Source: Octopus vulgaris (lineage: Eukaryota). From it: a stretch of DNA of 64,000 nt. Every line of letters begins with the position of its first letter. Position 1 is the first letter of the stretch. The stretch spans positions 57,660,001 through 57,724,000 of the forward strand of contig OX597823.1 in NCBI GenBank assembly GCA_951406725.2, read 5' to 3'. The position numbers and the translations under genes were made by a program. The notes beneath the pieces are model-generated. The model saw only the letters and a program-made list of their open reading frames with translations, had not been told where the DNA came from and made no database searches. Below are positions 14,213 through 28,738 of this stretch, one piece after another.

Positions 14213-15217
14213 ATAAGATTTTGTTGTTAAAATTCATCTGGGATAAACAGGTTATACTTCTAGAATAGACAAAATATATAAACAATATTTTGTACAATTC
14301 CTAGTAGTGTTTAATTATTAAAATATACCATGGTCATTTGAACATCGAATGGCTATGAGGGTCCAGCCGACAACAATAGGAATCAAGGCGGTTCATAGGT
14401 AAAAGACGATTGAGAATTGCTGGTATAGAACAATAAACTTCTTTCGTGTTTTATTCTCGTTCCATAAATTGTACTTTTGCTCACAAACACACTGAAACAC
14501 ACACACATGTATACTCACATGCACACACGCGCAGATACAGGCAAAGACACACACATACACATGCACACACAGACACACACATACATACACAGATTATATC
14601 TAAAAAAAGAACATTCTACTCGAAGTTTCGCTCATGGCAGACCGCAGCTTTCGAAATGCGGAACAGCACTCTTAAGTGGACTGTCACATTTTGAAATAAA
14701 TATATCTGCCGACTCAACCGAACTCGTTGATAACTATATCAGATAATATTTGCACTATGTAAAATATATATTTATATATATTTTACAACACTTACATTAA
14801 TACACGTATATATTTTTATAATCCTATAATTTCACCAGAATCGCTTTTATGTATAAGTATTCCTCGGTTTAGTGATATTGAAATTGTTTAGGCTTTTATA
14901 TGTAAATGCAATTCTGAAGTTTTCATTTTGAATGTGTAATAATGCAACCTTTATATCTTTTATAGGAGGGTATCACTTTTATATGGTTTTATAATGTAGT
15001 TCAGTGAATAAATGTATTGTAAGTCTTATGATATATGTCTATTGATATATGTTCATATTTATATTTCTTTTATGTACTTCCATCCGTGGATCTGTTAATA
15101 TTCATGTATATGTTTAAGTATGCATATATCTATATAATTTTATCTATCTTCTAAATATCTATCTATCTGCACACGCTCATATAAATGCTTGTATACGTAT
15201 GTATGTATATGTCTGTG

Positions 15218-15271
<54 letters not shown>

Positions 15272-15499
15272 CACACACACATATGTGTAATGTGTATATG
15301 ATAGAAGGTAGATAAATAGATATGTATAGAGACGCGTAGATCACTATGTGGCTATATACGACAATTTAGAAAAGTACTCAATTCATATATTTATGTGAAT
15401 GTTATTTTTTCATAGTTAAATATTTGCTTTCGTATTTTTATCCCCTGAACATCTGATGCATTTGTAGAAATAATAGAAAGAACGAAAAGCAACGTGGAA

Positions 15500-15605
15500 T
15501 GCAGTGTTTTACTCAAGTACACAATACGCTGCCCGACCTGAGAATCGAATCCATGGTCTGGCGAACGTGAGTGTAACAGCCTAACAACTAGGCCACCCGT
15601 CTTCA
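15500..15605 (-). mobile_element. SINE family C head, diverged
   Basis: Minus strand gtggcctagttgttagg...ggattcgattctc...gtgtacttgagtaaaacactgcattccacgttgc. Confidence 0.65.
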
Positions 15606-15799
15606 CAGTGTATTCACCGTGTATTGTTTAGAGCTAATTATAAAAATGTATTTGGTAAATGACAAGAGCTTCTTCAGACCTGAAACTTTAAGAAAATAGA
15701 TGGGATCATACAAAATAAATAGGTTTCAAAAAGAATAAAGAAACCTCCATTCTATGCTGTAGAGATTGAATTAACATTTATCTTATTTTATCTTATCTT

Positions 15800-15945
15800 A
15801 TCTAGTTTCATCTCACGAGCTGTGGCCATGCTAAGGCACCGCCATTCGGTGTTGCTACATGATTTTACTTCACGAATACTTTTTAGCAATTGACATTTGG
15901 TGCATGAGAGAGTTTGATGCAGCTGCCCTCATCTGCACCTCCTGG
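15800..15945 (-). mobile_element. 3' stub of CR1-like LINE
   Basis: Reverse-complement match to 32466-32601; homologous to the end of the ORF at 37506-38072. Confidence 0.8.
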
Positions 15946-16784
15946 GACACCTGACAGGACATATATCTTCAAATTTACAAAACGAACAATTTCAAAGCAG
16001 TAAAAGACATGAATTTATCTGTTGCTATAACACATATTTGCGATATGGTCAATTTCCAAACTTGGTCTGTCAGGGATAGGTGTTTTTTTTTTTTTTTAAC
16101 TGGCATCACAGTTAATATTGGGGTCTAAATCAAAATTATAGGAGAATAGATGATGGGAGGAAACTCGGACGCAATAGATAAGAGGGGTATTCGTTAGAAG
16201 TTCCAGCCGAGATTTAAAATTTTACTTAAATTAATGGAATGCTATCACAAAATTTACTTAACATTTGAAATAATAGATCGGACAGTAGTTGCAGAAAATC
16301 AGTTCCACAAGGGGTACTTCATTGTCCAAATAAGAAAATGTATAGATGACCGTTCAATAAAAGTCACCATTAATTCGAATTCTCGGGCAAGCTCACCGTT
16401 AATGTAAACGCATCCGAATAATCGTGTGTGTTATTTGCGTTTGTGAATCATGCGATATTGCAAATCTCAGGCAAGTGATATTACATACACATACAAACAT
16501 ACACACACTCACACACACAAGCACAGACATACACACACACGTACACACGCAAACATTCACACATACACGCACAAAGTCAAAAATAACTTATACACATACA
16601 CACACGTATATATATATATATATGAATATTACATACCTATACAAAAATATATAGGTATATACACATACATAGGAATGTATAGATTTACAGTTGTTTGAAC
16701 GAACGCTATATAAAAAATTATTCATCTGCATGTGTTTACTATCGTATATGATGAGTTTTAGACTTGTACACACACACACACATG

Positions 16785-16825
<41 letters not shown>

Positions 16826-16916
16826 TTAAGAATACACATATATGTGTGTAATTATGTATATATTAATGCGTATCTTTAGTAATCCATGTATATATATATA
16901 TGTGTGTGTGTGTGTA

Positions 16917-16957
<41 letters not shown>

Positions 16958-17949
16958 TTTTGTGCGTATATCTTTATATGTATCATGTACATGTAAATAT
17001 TTACATTTATATATATATATATATGTGTGTGTGCGTGTGTGTATGATTATACTTATATGAATATACACATACATGATTATAGATATATAGATATATGCAT
17101 TATTTTAATCTATATACATACACACATACACAAACATACACACAAATACATAAGAATATGTTTAGATATCTTTCATACAGTCATGTTTTGCTTTATATAT
17201 GTGTACATGTGGGTGTATGTACATATATATAGATACATATTTATATATACATATGTATTTTCATGTATATGTGTACAATATATACATATTTAAATGCATC
17301 TGTAATTATACATGTATATATACATATTCATATGTAAACGCACGCACACTCTCACACACGCACACACAAGCATAATCACATATATTGGGTAAATCATTAC
17401 CGTTAATTTGACACGCTTATCCATGTAAACATATTATAGAGGCAGACCAGACAACTTAATATATCACCTGCATTGATTTGTCAGACTGTCAAATATGATT
17501 ATCGCATTTCTTCTAACACATAATTTGATTTCTAATAACTATATGAAGCTGATGAACATGATGATAGTGTTAGCAGTAATAATAACAGAAAAAAAAAATG
17601 ACAAATGACACTAAATTAAGTGAATCCTTCGAGCAACCAACCGTTATACTGTGTTTGAAATCTCAGTTGACGTTTTATCTATAATCTATTCTGAAGACAT
17701 AAAAATACTATTTTTTCGCTTAACCATGATGAAGTGATTAAGGATTACGTATCACATATATGCTAATTATGGAGACGGGGTTAAGAATTACGTATCATGC
17801 CTATGTGATTTTGGTGTCCGAGTACCTCCGTACGACACTGCATAAGCGTTTGTCGTTAAGGGAAAACTCGCTAACAATTTACCCTGATGATGGAAAAGAT
17901 GTTGCTGTACAGGTAAGCCACTTTATCTTTGAAAATGGGACCGATGTGC

Positions 17950-18420
17950 AATAGGCTGCTTATTAAGTAGCGATCGGTGACCCCGTCGAAGTCTTTGAAT
18001 CGACTATAGATTATATTGATTCAAGACGACGGATCCAGCACTTCGGCTATAATTTTGAACTCGTTATGCAGTAAAATTATGAGACTGAAATTACAGATAG
18101 CGTTCCTCTTCTGGGCGTCCTTGCTCTGTAGTACCACCATTCCTCAGACCACACAACTAACAATGTTCCCAGTGCGAGACCATTTAAATTCGGCGAATTT
18201 ACTTTCGCTTATCCAATAGTGTCCCCCAAATGTAAGAGGCTTTCATTATCTTTAGCCGTACAGATTTGGCAATATACGCGACATACTGCGATATACGAGA
18301 CATTTGCTTCCGGCAAACAGTCGAGCAAAGTGTTGCTGAAAGACTGCTCACGTCTGCCTGAATTCGAACAGTATACACCCACCATAGTCCATGGAGGAAA
18401 GAATTCTGGCTTTGTTGCCA
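17950..18420 (-). mobile_element. Very old CR1/Jockey-group LINE RT remnant
   Basis: NIIYSRFKDFDGV resembles D.IYLDF.KAFD.V, and EANVSYI resembles ANV.PI; many stops and frameshifts. Confidence 0.4.
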
Positions 18421-19714
18421 AGTTGATAGCTTACCACACGTTCCATAGGACTGCATTTGCTCCTTCCTCTATTACAGAATACATTTGAGCTAATACAACA
18501 CACCCGTCGTGTTTCGTGTCGACGTAATTGCCTAGTCCTATGATTTTGTTCTATGGTTTCCTATCATCGATGAACTGAGGGTTTATAACTGTAGCAACTG
18601 AGCGAGGGTTTATAACTGTAGAACTGAATTTCCCGGTTCGTTAAAGATCTTCTGCAGCATTGCGTATCCTTGTAAATTAAAAAGTCCTTTAGGCTATTGA
18701 AAATCTCTTTAAAATATCTCTTATTATCACCAAAGTCTGATGTTTTGTCTAGAGTATATAGTTATTTATTTTACATTTGTATATTTTCCGATCACTGTAT
18801 CATCTCAGCCTTCTCTATGCAGAGATATGCGTTTTTTGTACGTAATAAAGATAGTCCGCTTTGTTATCTGCGTGATGCTGCTTCTGTTGTCGTTCTTGAT
18901 GTTGTGGTTTACTGTGATTTTACCGGTCTGACCGCGAGTTTAAGAGTCTCAGGTAAGTGATCCTACCTGATATGTTACACCTGCAGCTTCTTTTCTCTGT
19001 TACAACATACAAACAGTTGGTTTCCGTTTGACAACTACATATAGCCAAAGGTATGCTTAGATTTTTGTGTAACCTGCATGCCGAGATTTAGATACCAATC
19101 TCGACCTGTTTTCTTACGTAAACCCTTATATTCAAGTAACATTACTTGTCTTTCTGACATCCCTACTGCTGACACCCACAACATATTTACCTCCATTTGT
19201 ACATCTTGTTATTCTCCACTCCTCCACGTGGAATCAGTGTACACCCTTCCAGTGACTTTAACTGTGATTTAATTTTCACAGTCTCAATGTCTTATGAGAC
19301 TGACGAAATCAAAGTTACCGCCGATACACCCAAGTATTTCTCTGCCTGGGTTCGCGTAAGGTTGTCCGTCTGCTAGCTTACCGATTAGTTTGCCAGTACG
19401 CTTGGTCAAACATGTTTACATAGTCCTCAAATCCTATTTTATTCTGTTATTCTCAGACTCTTTTCCAGAACTAGTTTTACAAAACACTTCTAATTTCATT
19501 TTAGTAGACACTGTATTGAGTTGTATGTTGTTAATAACTATATTTCAATAGACGTTTATTTTCGAAGGAGATTACTTGAAATAACGCTTTTCCCAATTAC
19601 TTTAATTATAAATTTACTCTTTAGTGCGGATAATCTTCTTTCTTTTGGTTTCCAGTGTCTCCAAGCGTGTTTATTTATTCATTATACTAAACGCACATAC
19701 ACACTCAAATACAA

Positions 19715-20012
19715 ACGGTTAGGGTATTTTGCTCATGATCGTAAGGTCATGAGGTCGATTCCCAGCGGCGCGTTGCGTCCTGGGGCAAGGCACTTTATTT
19801 CACGTTGTTTTGGTCTTCTCAGCTGGCAATAATGAGTTAACCTGTAATTCAAAGGGCCACCCTCGTATCACATTCTATGTCATGCTGAATACCTTTGGGC
19901 AGTACGTTAAGGGTAAGAGTGTCTGTGTAGTGCTCAGCTAGTTGCACGTTAATTTCACAAGCAGGTTGTTCCGTTGACCCAAGGAACTGAAAATCTTGTC
20001 GTCGTAACCGAC
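19715..20012 (+). mobile_element. SINE family C chimeric copy
   Basis: Head and middle like 59853, 3' half like 634-1015. Confidence 0.75.
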
Positions 20013-20236
20013 TATTCTTATTTATTTTATACTTTTATCTAGAAACTTATCCGATACTTAAATCTTTCTTACTTATTTTGGTAATCTCTTTCTATAATAA
20101 TCCATCACCTATTTAACGTGAGAATTTCTGTTGCTGAGGAAGAACAATGCAATGCTAGTGCTCATTTGTACGGTATACATGTATAAATTGGGACAAGGAA
20201 CAGCCATATCCTTGCTACATACATTCATGATGACAA

Positions 20237-20455
20237 TGGCAGCGAGCTGGGAGAGTCGTTAGCACACCGGACAAAATGCTTCGCGGCATTTCTTCTGGCT
20301 TTACGTTCTGAGTTCAAATTCCACCGAGGTTGAATTTCCCTTTGATTCTTTCAAGGCTGATGAATTAAACCAGTTGAGTATTAGGGTTGATGGAATTGGC
20401 ATGCCACCTCTCCTCGAAGTTTCTGTCCTTGTTCCAAAATGAAAGAGTATTACTC
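20237..20455 (+). mobile_element. SINE family B (short form)
   Basis: ggcagcgagctgggagagtcgttagcacaccggacaaaatgc...gagttcaaattccaccgagg. Confidence 0.75.
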
Positions 20456-20639
20456 CTGTTGACTGCATATAACCTGATAATAACTCAATGAAATAAAATA
20501 TATATTTACTTCGAAAAATAATCTTTTATATTTATTGTTAGTATTATTTCTGCCGGGGACGGGGGGGGATGGATTAGCAGAATTAGTAGAGTGTCGTACA
20601 TAATGCCATGCGGTATCACTTCCGGCTTTTTACGAACAG

Positions 20640-21060
20640 TATGAAAGTCACTCCATCGTTATCTTTCCATTACAATCTTCCAGTAAAATCGACTGTTCCC
20701 TTCCAACCGAATATGAAACCGCTTCTAGTTTCTGAGAACTTGTGCCAACATAAGAAACCAATATCATTCCCGTACATATTGGAAGAATTGTCATAGAGTG
20801 GGGCAAAATATTTGAAAGAACTCTTGCAAAAGTTTGCCAGTACACTGGTCCCTTGTTTCATCGTGTGTGATAAATATGCCGAAAAAGTCCTCCTTGTTTT
20901 TTTGGCACATTGCCAATAGGCAACCATGCAAACCTCAACGGACTTCTCTTTCTAAGCTGCCTACATTCAGCAGTTAATTTTTTATATTCTGAATCAGTAT
21001 ATAATTCAATCCCTTGTCTACTGACCACTGTGTAGAAAAGCATCTTACGTAGTTCATTAG
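20640..21060 (-). mobile_element. Gypsy/Ty3-like reverse transcriptase remnant
   Basis: ORFs 20858-21043 and 20648-20845 share one frame: PIGNVPKKQGGLFRHIYHTR*NK resembles PIVLVPKKDG.LR.CVDYR.LN; TFARVLSNIL resembles TFQRLMN.IL; YGNDI in the adjacent frame resembles YLDDI. Confidence 0.5.
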
Positions 21061-21229
21061 TTATTTTATAATCTTACAAGCAAACTGCTGTATGGTCATT
21101 TTCCTGATTAAAATAGCACCCAGATTTTTCTCATATCACTGTTTACGGACTTAAAGAAAATGAAATGCTATGTTTGACTATGTAATTCCGGTGTGTATGT
21201 AACGGTTTTTCCTGATTATTTTGCTAAGT

Positions 21230-21700
21230 CATCATTCAACATCATCATTCAACATGTTCATTCTCAGTCATGTTCTTCCCACTATATGGTGAATGCCTCC
21301 CCATGTTGGTGTCAATGGCTTCTATCCTGTGTTTCTCTTATCCACGTAACGTCTACACATTCATCGATTTCGTCTTCCCATTTTTCTTCTGTTCTTCCTC
21401 CTAAGTACGTGGATTTATGGCCGCCATTGTATGTACATTTTAATGTCTCTTCTCATTTGATCGGGTCACATGACCTGCTCAACTTCCAATATCTTTCGTT
21501 TAACGTTTTACAGTGTCTTGCTCTTTCCTTAGCACTCTTAATAAGTGACAAGTTACCTTGTTACTTTTACTTATTGTTAACATACATCTACTCAAATTTC
21601 TTTCTGTTGATCAAATGTTCTGCTCTGCGTTTTCAGTCACCACTTATATCTTCGATAAGTATAGGAAAGTTTACACTTCACTGTTGACTTCAGGAGTAGT
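21230..21700 (-). mobile_element. RTE-clade LINE 3' remnant
   Basis: Minus strand S*AGHVTR resembles WAGHV.R; GEAFT near the end, followed by a short gatgatg tail. Confidence 0.55.
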
Positions 21701-21914
21701 TAAATAAATGTTCGAAGTTGCATATCGCACTTAACTGTAAAAAATTAAAATTATATATCGGCTTTACAATAGGCAGATAGTGATGGAAAATAATGATAAA
21801 GAAGAATGAGAACTTGCCAAAATAGTGATGAAGGAATCACTGTGTAAAAGTATAAACTACATCGTTTGGCGTAGAAAAATAATGTTTAATAAATAAACAA
21901 TTCAGTAAGATCAT

Positions 21915-22100
21915 TGCGGGCATGGCTGTGTAGTAATGAATTTGCTTCCCAACCACGGGTTCAGTCCCGCTGCCTAGCACTTTGGGTTAATGCTTTCTTC
22001 GATAACTTCACAGCGACCAAAGCCTTGTGACTGAAAATTTTATGAAGCCTATCATAAACATACATAGATACATACATACATACATACATACATACATACA

Positions 22101-22134
<34 letters not shown>

Positions 22135-22450
22135 CATACATACATACATACATACATACATACATACATACATACATGCATACATACATACATACATACA
22201 TACATACATACATACATGCATGCACATACATACATACATACATACATACATACATACATACATACATACATACATACATACATACATACATACATGTGTG
22301 TTTTTTGTACCTCACAACCAGTAAAAGAATCCGATAGACAAAATATTAAGCTCAAAAATAAGTCCTGGAGTGAATTTGTTAGATTAAACCCTTCAAGGCC
22401 GCGCCTCAGTATGGTCGCAGTCCAAGGACTAAAACAGGTAAAAGGTAAAA
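21915..22450 (+). mobile_element. Diverged SINE A with about 240 bp (CATA)n at the internal microsatellite slot
   Basis: Head catggctgtgtagtaatg..gggttcagtccc; tail cagtatggtcgcagtccaaggactaaaacaggtaaaag. Confidence 0.65.
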
Positions 22451-22487
22451 CATAAATGATAAATATTGTTATCATTTTCTTATTCCA

Positions 22488-22700
22488 AAGCGGAGAGCTG
22501 GCAGAATCGTTAGCACGCCGGGCAAAATGCTTAGCGGCATTTCGTTCGTCTTTATGCTCTGAGTTCAAATTCTGCCAAAGTTGACTTTGCCTTTTATCCT
22601 TTCGGGGTGGATAAAATACGAACGAGTTGAGGACTGGGGTCGATATAATTGACTTACACCCTGCCCCAAATTTTCTTGTCTTGTATCAAAATTTGAAACT
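22488..22700 (+). mobile_element. SINE family B (short form)
   Basis: agcggagagctggcagaatcgttagcacgccgggcaaaatgcttagcggc. Confidence 0.85.
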
Positions 22701-24483
22701 CTCATTTCTTTACCTCATGAACAGATCTAGTTACACTTGGCATTTTATTAACGGACAGTGGTGTAACTATTAATTTTGCATGGATAGCGTCTGAAAATAT
22801 TACTATGTATTAATTCAATTGCTGGGACTTCGACAGAAATATTTACTTTACACAAATAGCGAAAATTTATTACTTTATCTAACCAAATACTTGAGCTTAG
22901 AAGTAGACATTTCAAACTACCAAGAAACACTGCTGTATTTTTCTGAAGTACAAAACAGACTTTTTTCAACATGGCGGCGTAATATGCTTTTCTTATCTTA
23001 AACGGGAACGAGAACAGTATTAACCTATACACCTGTATGTGTAATTAAACAATATTTCGTGTAATAACTGCAATACATATTTGTTCGGTTCATGGAAAAC
23101 AGAATATGTATAATAGATTTTATTGTATCGTTTCGATTATCAGTATTCTCATAGGCATAAAAACCATAATCAATACAAGTGAGACGTGAACATTAGAACG
23201 TCGCACTTACGACTAGGTGCCATCGCTTATCTAGATCGATGTTGTACTGTATGTACTAAATAACCGATCCTAGAATTGCTCAGAAATCAACTTGACCGAA
23301 TAATTCTGGAGACTAATAGTCTGAAACAAATTTAAATTAAATAAGGGAAACGTTAATGTTGTAGTTGAAATTATGTTTTCATGTCTGCAAAATCGTTTGT
23401 CTCGAGAATATTAACTTCTGTTCCAATCACTCTGCACCGAAGAAAGGTTATAATAGGCTTGTTCTTTCTAGTAGTCAGAATAAGTAAGAACATATTCTTG
23501 GTGAGTTATCGTTATTTGTTGTATTTCAGGTGTGATTTATTAGATTACGTTTATTCGTTGTTCAAGGTGTCCAAGATTTCTCTGTTGAGTTCATATTAAT
23601 TTACACTTCAAGTGCTAACTACATGATTAAACATTTGTGGAGTTATGTAGAGATAGAAAAAGAAATATCTATAAGAACATTTCATGGCCTTTTATTAATA
23701 TTGGTTTGGAATATTGTATTAAATGGCTGTATTGATGTTGTTAAAATATTTATGTATAAAACGCATGAACGTAAAATTAAGTTAGTGTGAGAAAATTTCA
23801 CTTTCATTACCAGTTTTCATTTTTTTTCTTTTTTGTAAGTTTTTGTTTTCTCTGCAAGCTTGCAAAGATTTCGCCGTTGTTAGGAATTCAACAATAAAAT
23901 ATATTACAGATATAATATAAAACCACAGAACTTCACAAGGCAAAACATTTTTTATAAACAAATAGTTTAAATTGAGCATTACAAATGAGAAAAAGGAAGT
24001 CGAAAATGTGTGCTTAGAACTTTATGTATAAGGGATAATTTCGAAAATAAGTGCTCAAGGAAGTTAAAAAAATATTACACTGAATTGTGTAAACACGAAC
24101 AAAATGTATTTCTCTATTTTCAATTTATTCATAAACTCTGTGATGTATGGGTTTTGAAGACGGAAAATAAGCCTTTTTCTCTGAACCTTAGCGTGTTACA
24201 TTAAACAAGATTAATTTGGTATAACAATTTTGTCAAATATCTTTACAAAAGATCCTGTAATATACAGTTTTTATTGGCATAAACATATATATATATGCCT
24301 AGTTGATAGAGTTAAAAGAACAATTATGTTTCGCTAAAAGTGTATACTTATATTTCAGAGTTAACAAATGAAATGCAAGGGTTCCAGTTTCAAGCCAGTT
24401 TTAATATCAGATTTCAACACTAGTGCAAATTTTATGTAGATTTTATAGTTTGTACATCAAAATATTACCCCACACACCACATA

Positions 24484-24579
<96 letters not shown>

Positions 24580-24591
24580 TATATATATATA

Positions 24592-24628
<37 letters not shown>

Positions 24629-24713
24629 GTGTATATAGGTGTGTGTGTTTGTGTATATTGATGTATGTACGTATGTATGCATGTATGTGTATCTATGTAT
24701 ATGTATATATATA

Positions 24714-25115
24714 CAGGAGTGGCTGTGTGGTAAGTAGCTTGCTAACCAACCACATGGTTCCGAGTTCAGTCCCACTGCGTGGCATCTTGGGCAAGTGTCT
24801 TCTGCTATAGCCCCGGGCCGACCAATGCCTTGTGAGTGGATTTGGTAGACGGAAACTGAAAGAAGCCTGTCGTATATATGTATATATATGTGTGTGTGTG
24901 TGTGTGTGTGAGTTTGTGTGTCTCTGTTTGTCCCCCTAGCATTGCTTGACAACCGATGCTGGTGTGTTTACGTCCCCGTCGCCTAGCGGTTCGGCAAAAG
25001 AGACCGATAGAATAAGTACTGGGCTTACAAAGAATAAGTCCCGGGGTCGATTTGCTTGACTAAAAGGCGGTGCTCCAGCATGGCCGCAGACAAATGACTG
25101 AAACAAGTAAAAGAG

Positions 25116-25117
<2 letters not shown>
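24714..25117 (+). mobile_element. SINE family A, full length, young
   Basis: A box tggctgtgtggtaag, B box gagttcagtccc, full body and tail. Confidence 0.95.
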
Positions 25118-25167
<50 letters not shown>

Positions 25168-26221
25168 TCAACAAAACAGATTTTACATAAAATTGTTCTG
25201 ATAGACATTCCATACATCGACTGCAGGTAGTTATAATTTCGGCGTCTTTCAATAATAATGTTACTCAGAGGGATAATGAGGATTATTGACCAAACCACAA
25301 AACCCCCACATCAAATCATATTTTTGTCCTCTTGTTATCCATGCAACAAACACCACTCCCACCACAGGCAAACACCTCCCTCATAGAGGAACCATTTTGT
25401 TTTATGAATTAATTTGATAGTTTGGTTTTTTCTCTTACATACTTCTACCACAGCCGTGGTACACATTAGCAAGAAGTCAGTGAGTTTGCGGCTTGAGATT
25501 TTGAGGTTCTAGTTCCCGTCGGTCACAAATTTTGATTATCTTGTCCAGAATTTATTCTAAAATTTAACTTGCATTTTGTTCTATCAAAGCTGGAAGGATG
25601 AAAAGCAAAGTGACCCAGACTTTCTGCAGAAGCTTTTGGAATTACAGTTTAGGCGCCAAGGATACTTGTATCGAAAGAGAATGCAAAGGCACACTTCACA
25701 AAACATATTTTCCCACTCTCATATGTTATATCCTCTGAATACTTCAATAGTAAAGTTAGTGTCAACCATATCTTTATTAGTTAATTTTTATCGCACACAT
25801 ATGAAATGCCTACATGTGCATTGTGCGTACGTTTACAGACGTAGACACAAGACATATATAAAATGGCTCTTTGCTACTTCTTGTAGATGTAAGTACAATG
25901 CAACGCATATTTCTGTGTATTGATTTGCTCAATATTATTTCGAAACAATGTGCCATTCCTTATTGATATTTCTAATATATTGAACATTAAAAACATAATC
26001 AGAAATAATTTTTCTGTGTGGCATCAAAGCAATGTTAGCTGAATGACAATTGACACTTTAATTGATACAGCAAGTATTTAGACAACTCTGGCTAGTCAAT
26101 TACAGACTTCACTATACTGAAAATCCTTAAGTAGATATACACGGGTAAGTAGATGGTACACGGGTAGGGATAAACATTTTCATGTTTCAGAGAATAAATT
26201 TGGTTTAAATTAGGTTCAGAG

Positions 26222-26430
26222 AATACTCTAGGCACAAGACCCGAAATTTTGGGGGAGGGGACCAGTCGATTAGATGGACCCCAGTACGCAACTGGTACTT
26301 CATTCATCGACCCCGAGATGATCAAAGCAAAGTCGACCACGGCGAAATTTGAACTCAGAATGTAAAGACAGACGAAATACCGATAAGCATTTCGCCCGGT
26401 TTGCTAACGATTCTGTCTGCTCGCTGCCCT
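26222..26430 (-). mobile_element. SINE family B (short form)
   Basis: Reverse-complement match to the family B head and short tail. Confidence 0.85.
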
Positions 26431-26606
26431 TCAGAGGATAAATAATGCCACATACCAGTCATGCACTTTGATTTATCGTAATTTAATCTGCCTGCAAAAC
26501 ATACCGAAGTTAACGATGAAGCCATTACGTGGTCGCACAAGCTGACTAAAATATCAGCCAAATCTCCCTCAAATTCTATGTTTACTGCATCGAAATATGG
26601 AAATGA

Positions 26607-27034
26607 TACTCTTTACTCTCTTTTACTTTTTTTTACTTGTTTCAGTCATTTGACTGTGGCCATGCTGGAGCACTGCCTTTAGTCGAACAAATCGATCCCA
26701 GGACTTTTTTTTTTTTAAAGATTAGTACTTATTCTATCGGTCTCTTTTGCCGAACTACTAATTTACGGGGACGTAACACACCAGCATCGTTTGTCAAGCG
26801 ATGTTGGAGGGGAGAAAACAGACACACAAACGTAAACACACACACACACTTATATATATATACATATATATGACGGGATTCTTTCAGTTTCCGTCTAACC
26901 AATCTACTCACAAGGCTTAGGTCGGCCCGAGGCTATAGTAGAAGACACTTGCCCAAGGTGCCACGCAGTGGGACTGAACCCGGAACCACGTGTCTGGTAA
27001 GCAAGCTACTTATCACACAGCCAATCCTACGCCT
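26607..27034 (-). mobile_element. SINE family A, full length
   Basis: Reverse complement of the 24714-25117 copy. Confidence 0.95.
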
Positions 27035-27783
27035 GTGACTAATTTCTCTAAAAAATATTTTCGAAGGTCTAGGTACCAAGGTTGTGAGAATAAATTTGTT
27101 CAGTGCAGGTTAATTTTGGGCCCTAAACAATAGTAACAACAATCCAAACTCGTGTGATTCTACAAAGTCAGCATTTGTATTTATCTTTTTTGTCCGTAAC
27201 ATTGCTTTGTTTCGTTTTAATGCTTTGTCTTTTAGTATAGATAAATATTCTGGTCATTGTTTTTACTCCATCTTGAATTCGAATAAGCCTTAGTCGACTG
27301 GACTTCCCCCTTCTACTTGAAATTTCAACTATTAACATCTTCCATTAATCAACAGTGAAAACTAAGTGAAAGATTTTCTAGTACTTCTTATGTTATCCAT
27401 TTCCGGCCGTCTCACAATCATGAGAGTGACGTGAAATACACTCAGCGAAACTTTCTTCTCATATCCGGTGTGACTACTTTTGATTCCCACTCAAAAGTCA
27501 CTTTATTGCTATAAAATTGCCGTCGTTCTTTAAGCAGCTTACCACTTCTATCTTAGCATTAGGACAACAAAGTTTCAGTAATTTCCTGAAAGATGGTTCT
27601 CCTTCTATTTCTTGTTATGTTTGCTACTGTCTGTCACTCCATTCATTTCTCTTCCCTTACTCTCCATTCTATATTCTACTCCTACACCTGTTCCCTATGC
27701 TCACAATTTTCGTAATTATCAGTCACATCTTTTTCTCTCGTTCTCTCATTCCCCTCCATATCCCTTCACAGTATAAATAAATA

Positions 27784-27834
<51 letters not shown>

Positions 27835-27873
27835 TACGTATAAATATATATATATATAATGTATATGTGTATG

Positions 27874-27906
<33 letters not shown>

Positions 27907-27924
27907 ATATATATATATCATATA

Positions 27925-27958
<34 letters not shown>

Positions 27959-28063
27959 CGCACATACATGCATACATTCAAATATATATATACATGCACA
28001 CAAATACATATGTATACATGTCTGTATATCTATATGTTTGCCTCTCAGTATATCTATCTATAT

Positions 28064-28099
<36 letters not shown>

Positions 28100-28447
28100 G
28101 CATATAAAAATTTGTACGTAAAATCCAGACCAAACAAGACGTACATATACGTAATATACTTACGTATATATATATATATATATATATTTATGTATCTAAC
28201 ACTCATTTTTCTGTGAGTAGTTATCCGGCAGTTTGACATGACTTCATCTTCACAATTTATATCTTCACTTCAAACATTCACTCGATTGCTTAACACGACC
28301 GTCATGTGTTCGGCTCCAGATCTCAGTCATTTTTGATCTCCATTGTGCAAGAAGCTGTAGACTCGCAACGAAAAAAAAATATACGAAGTCGTACGTATGC
28401 AGTTACTTTCAAGTAGACCGGACTACCTACTTACATATATACCAATT

Positions 28448-28526
<79 letters not shown>

Positions 28527-28528
<2 letters not shown>

Positions 28529-28738
28529 TGAGCGAAAACATTTAAAAGCTCCACGAGACTCTGGCAGGGGTGGTGGCGATCCCTGCTGTACTCTTTCGCC
28601 ACAACTTTCTCTCACCCTTTCTGCTGTTGGCCTGCATGCTTAGCCAGCGAGTTGGCGTCATTTGAAGACTAAAACAATGGGAAGCGCATTGTGACCAGCG
28701 ATTTGTAACAACATCTTATAGCATGGTCGGTCACAGTG
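28527..28738 (+). mobile_element. SINE family C, headless, alternative tail
   Basis: attgagcgaaaacatttaaaagctccac..ccctgctgtactctttcgccacaactttctctcac matches 723-810, then diverges. Confidence 0.75.
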
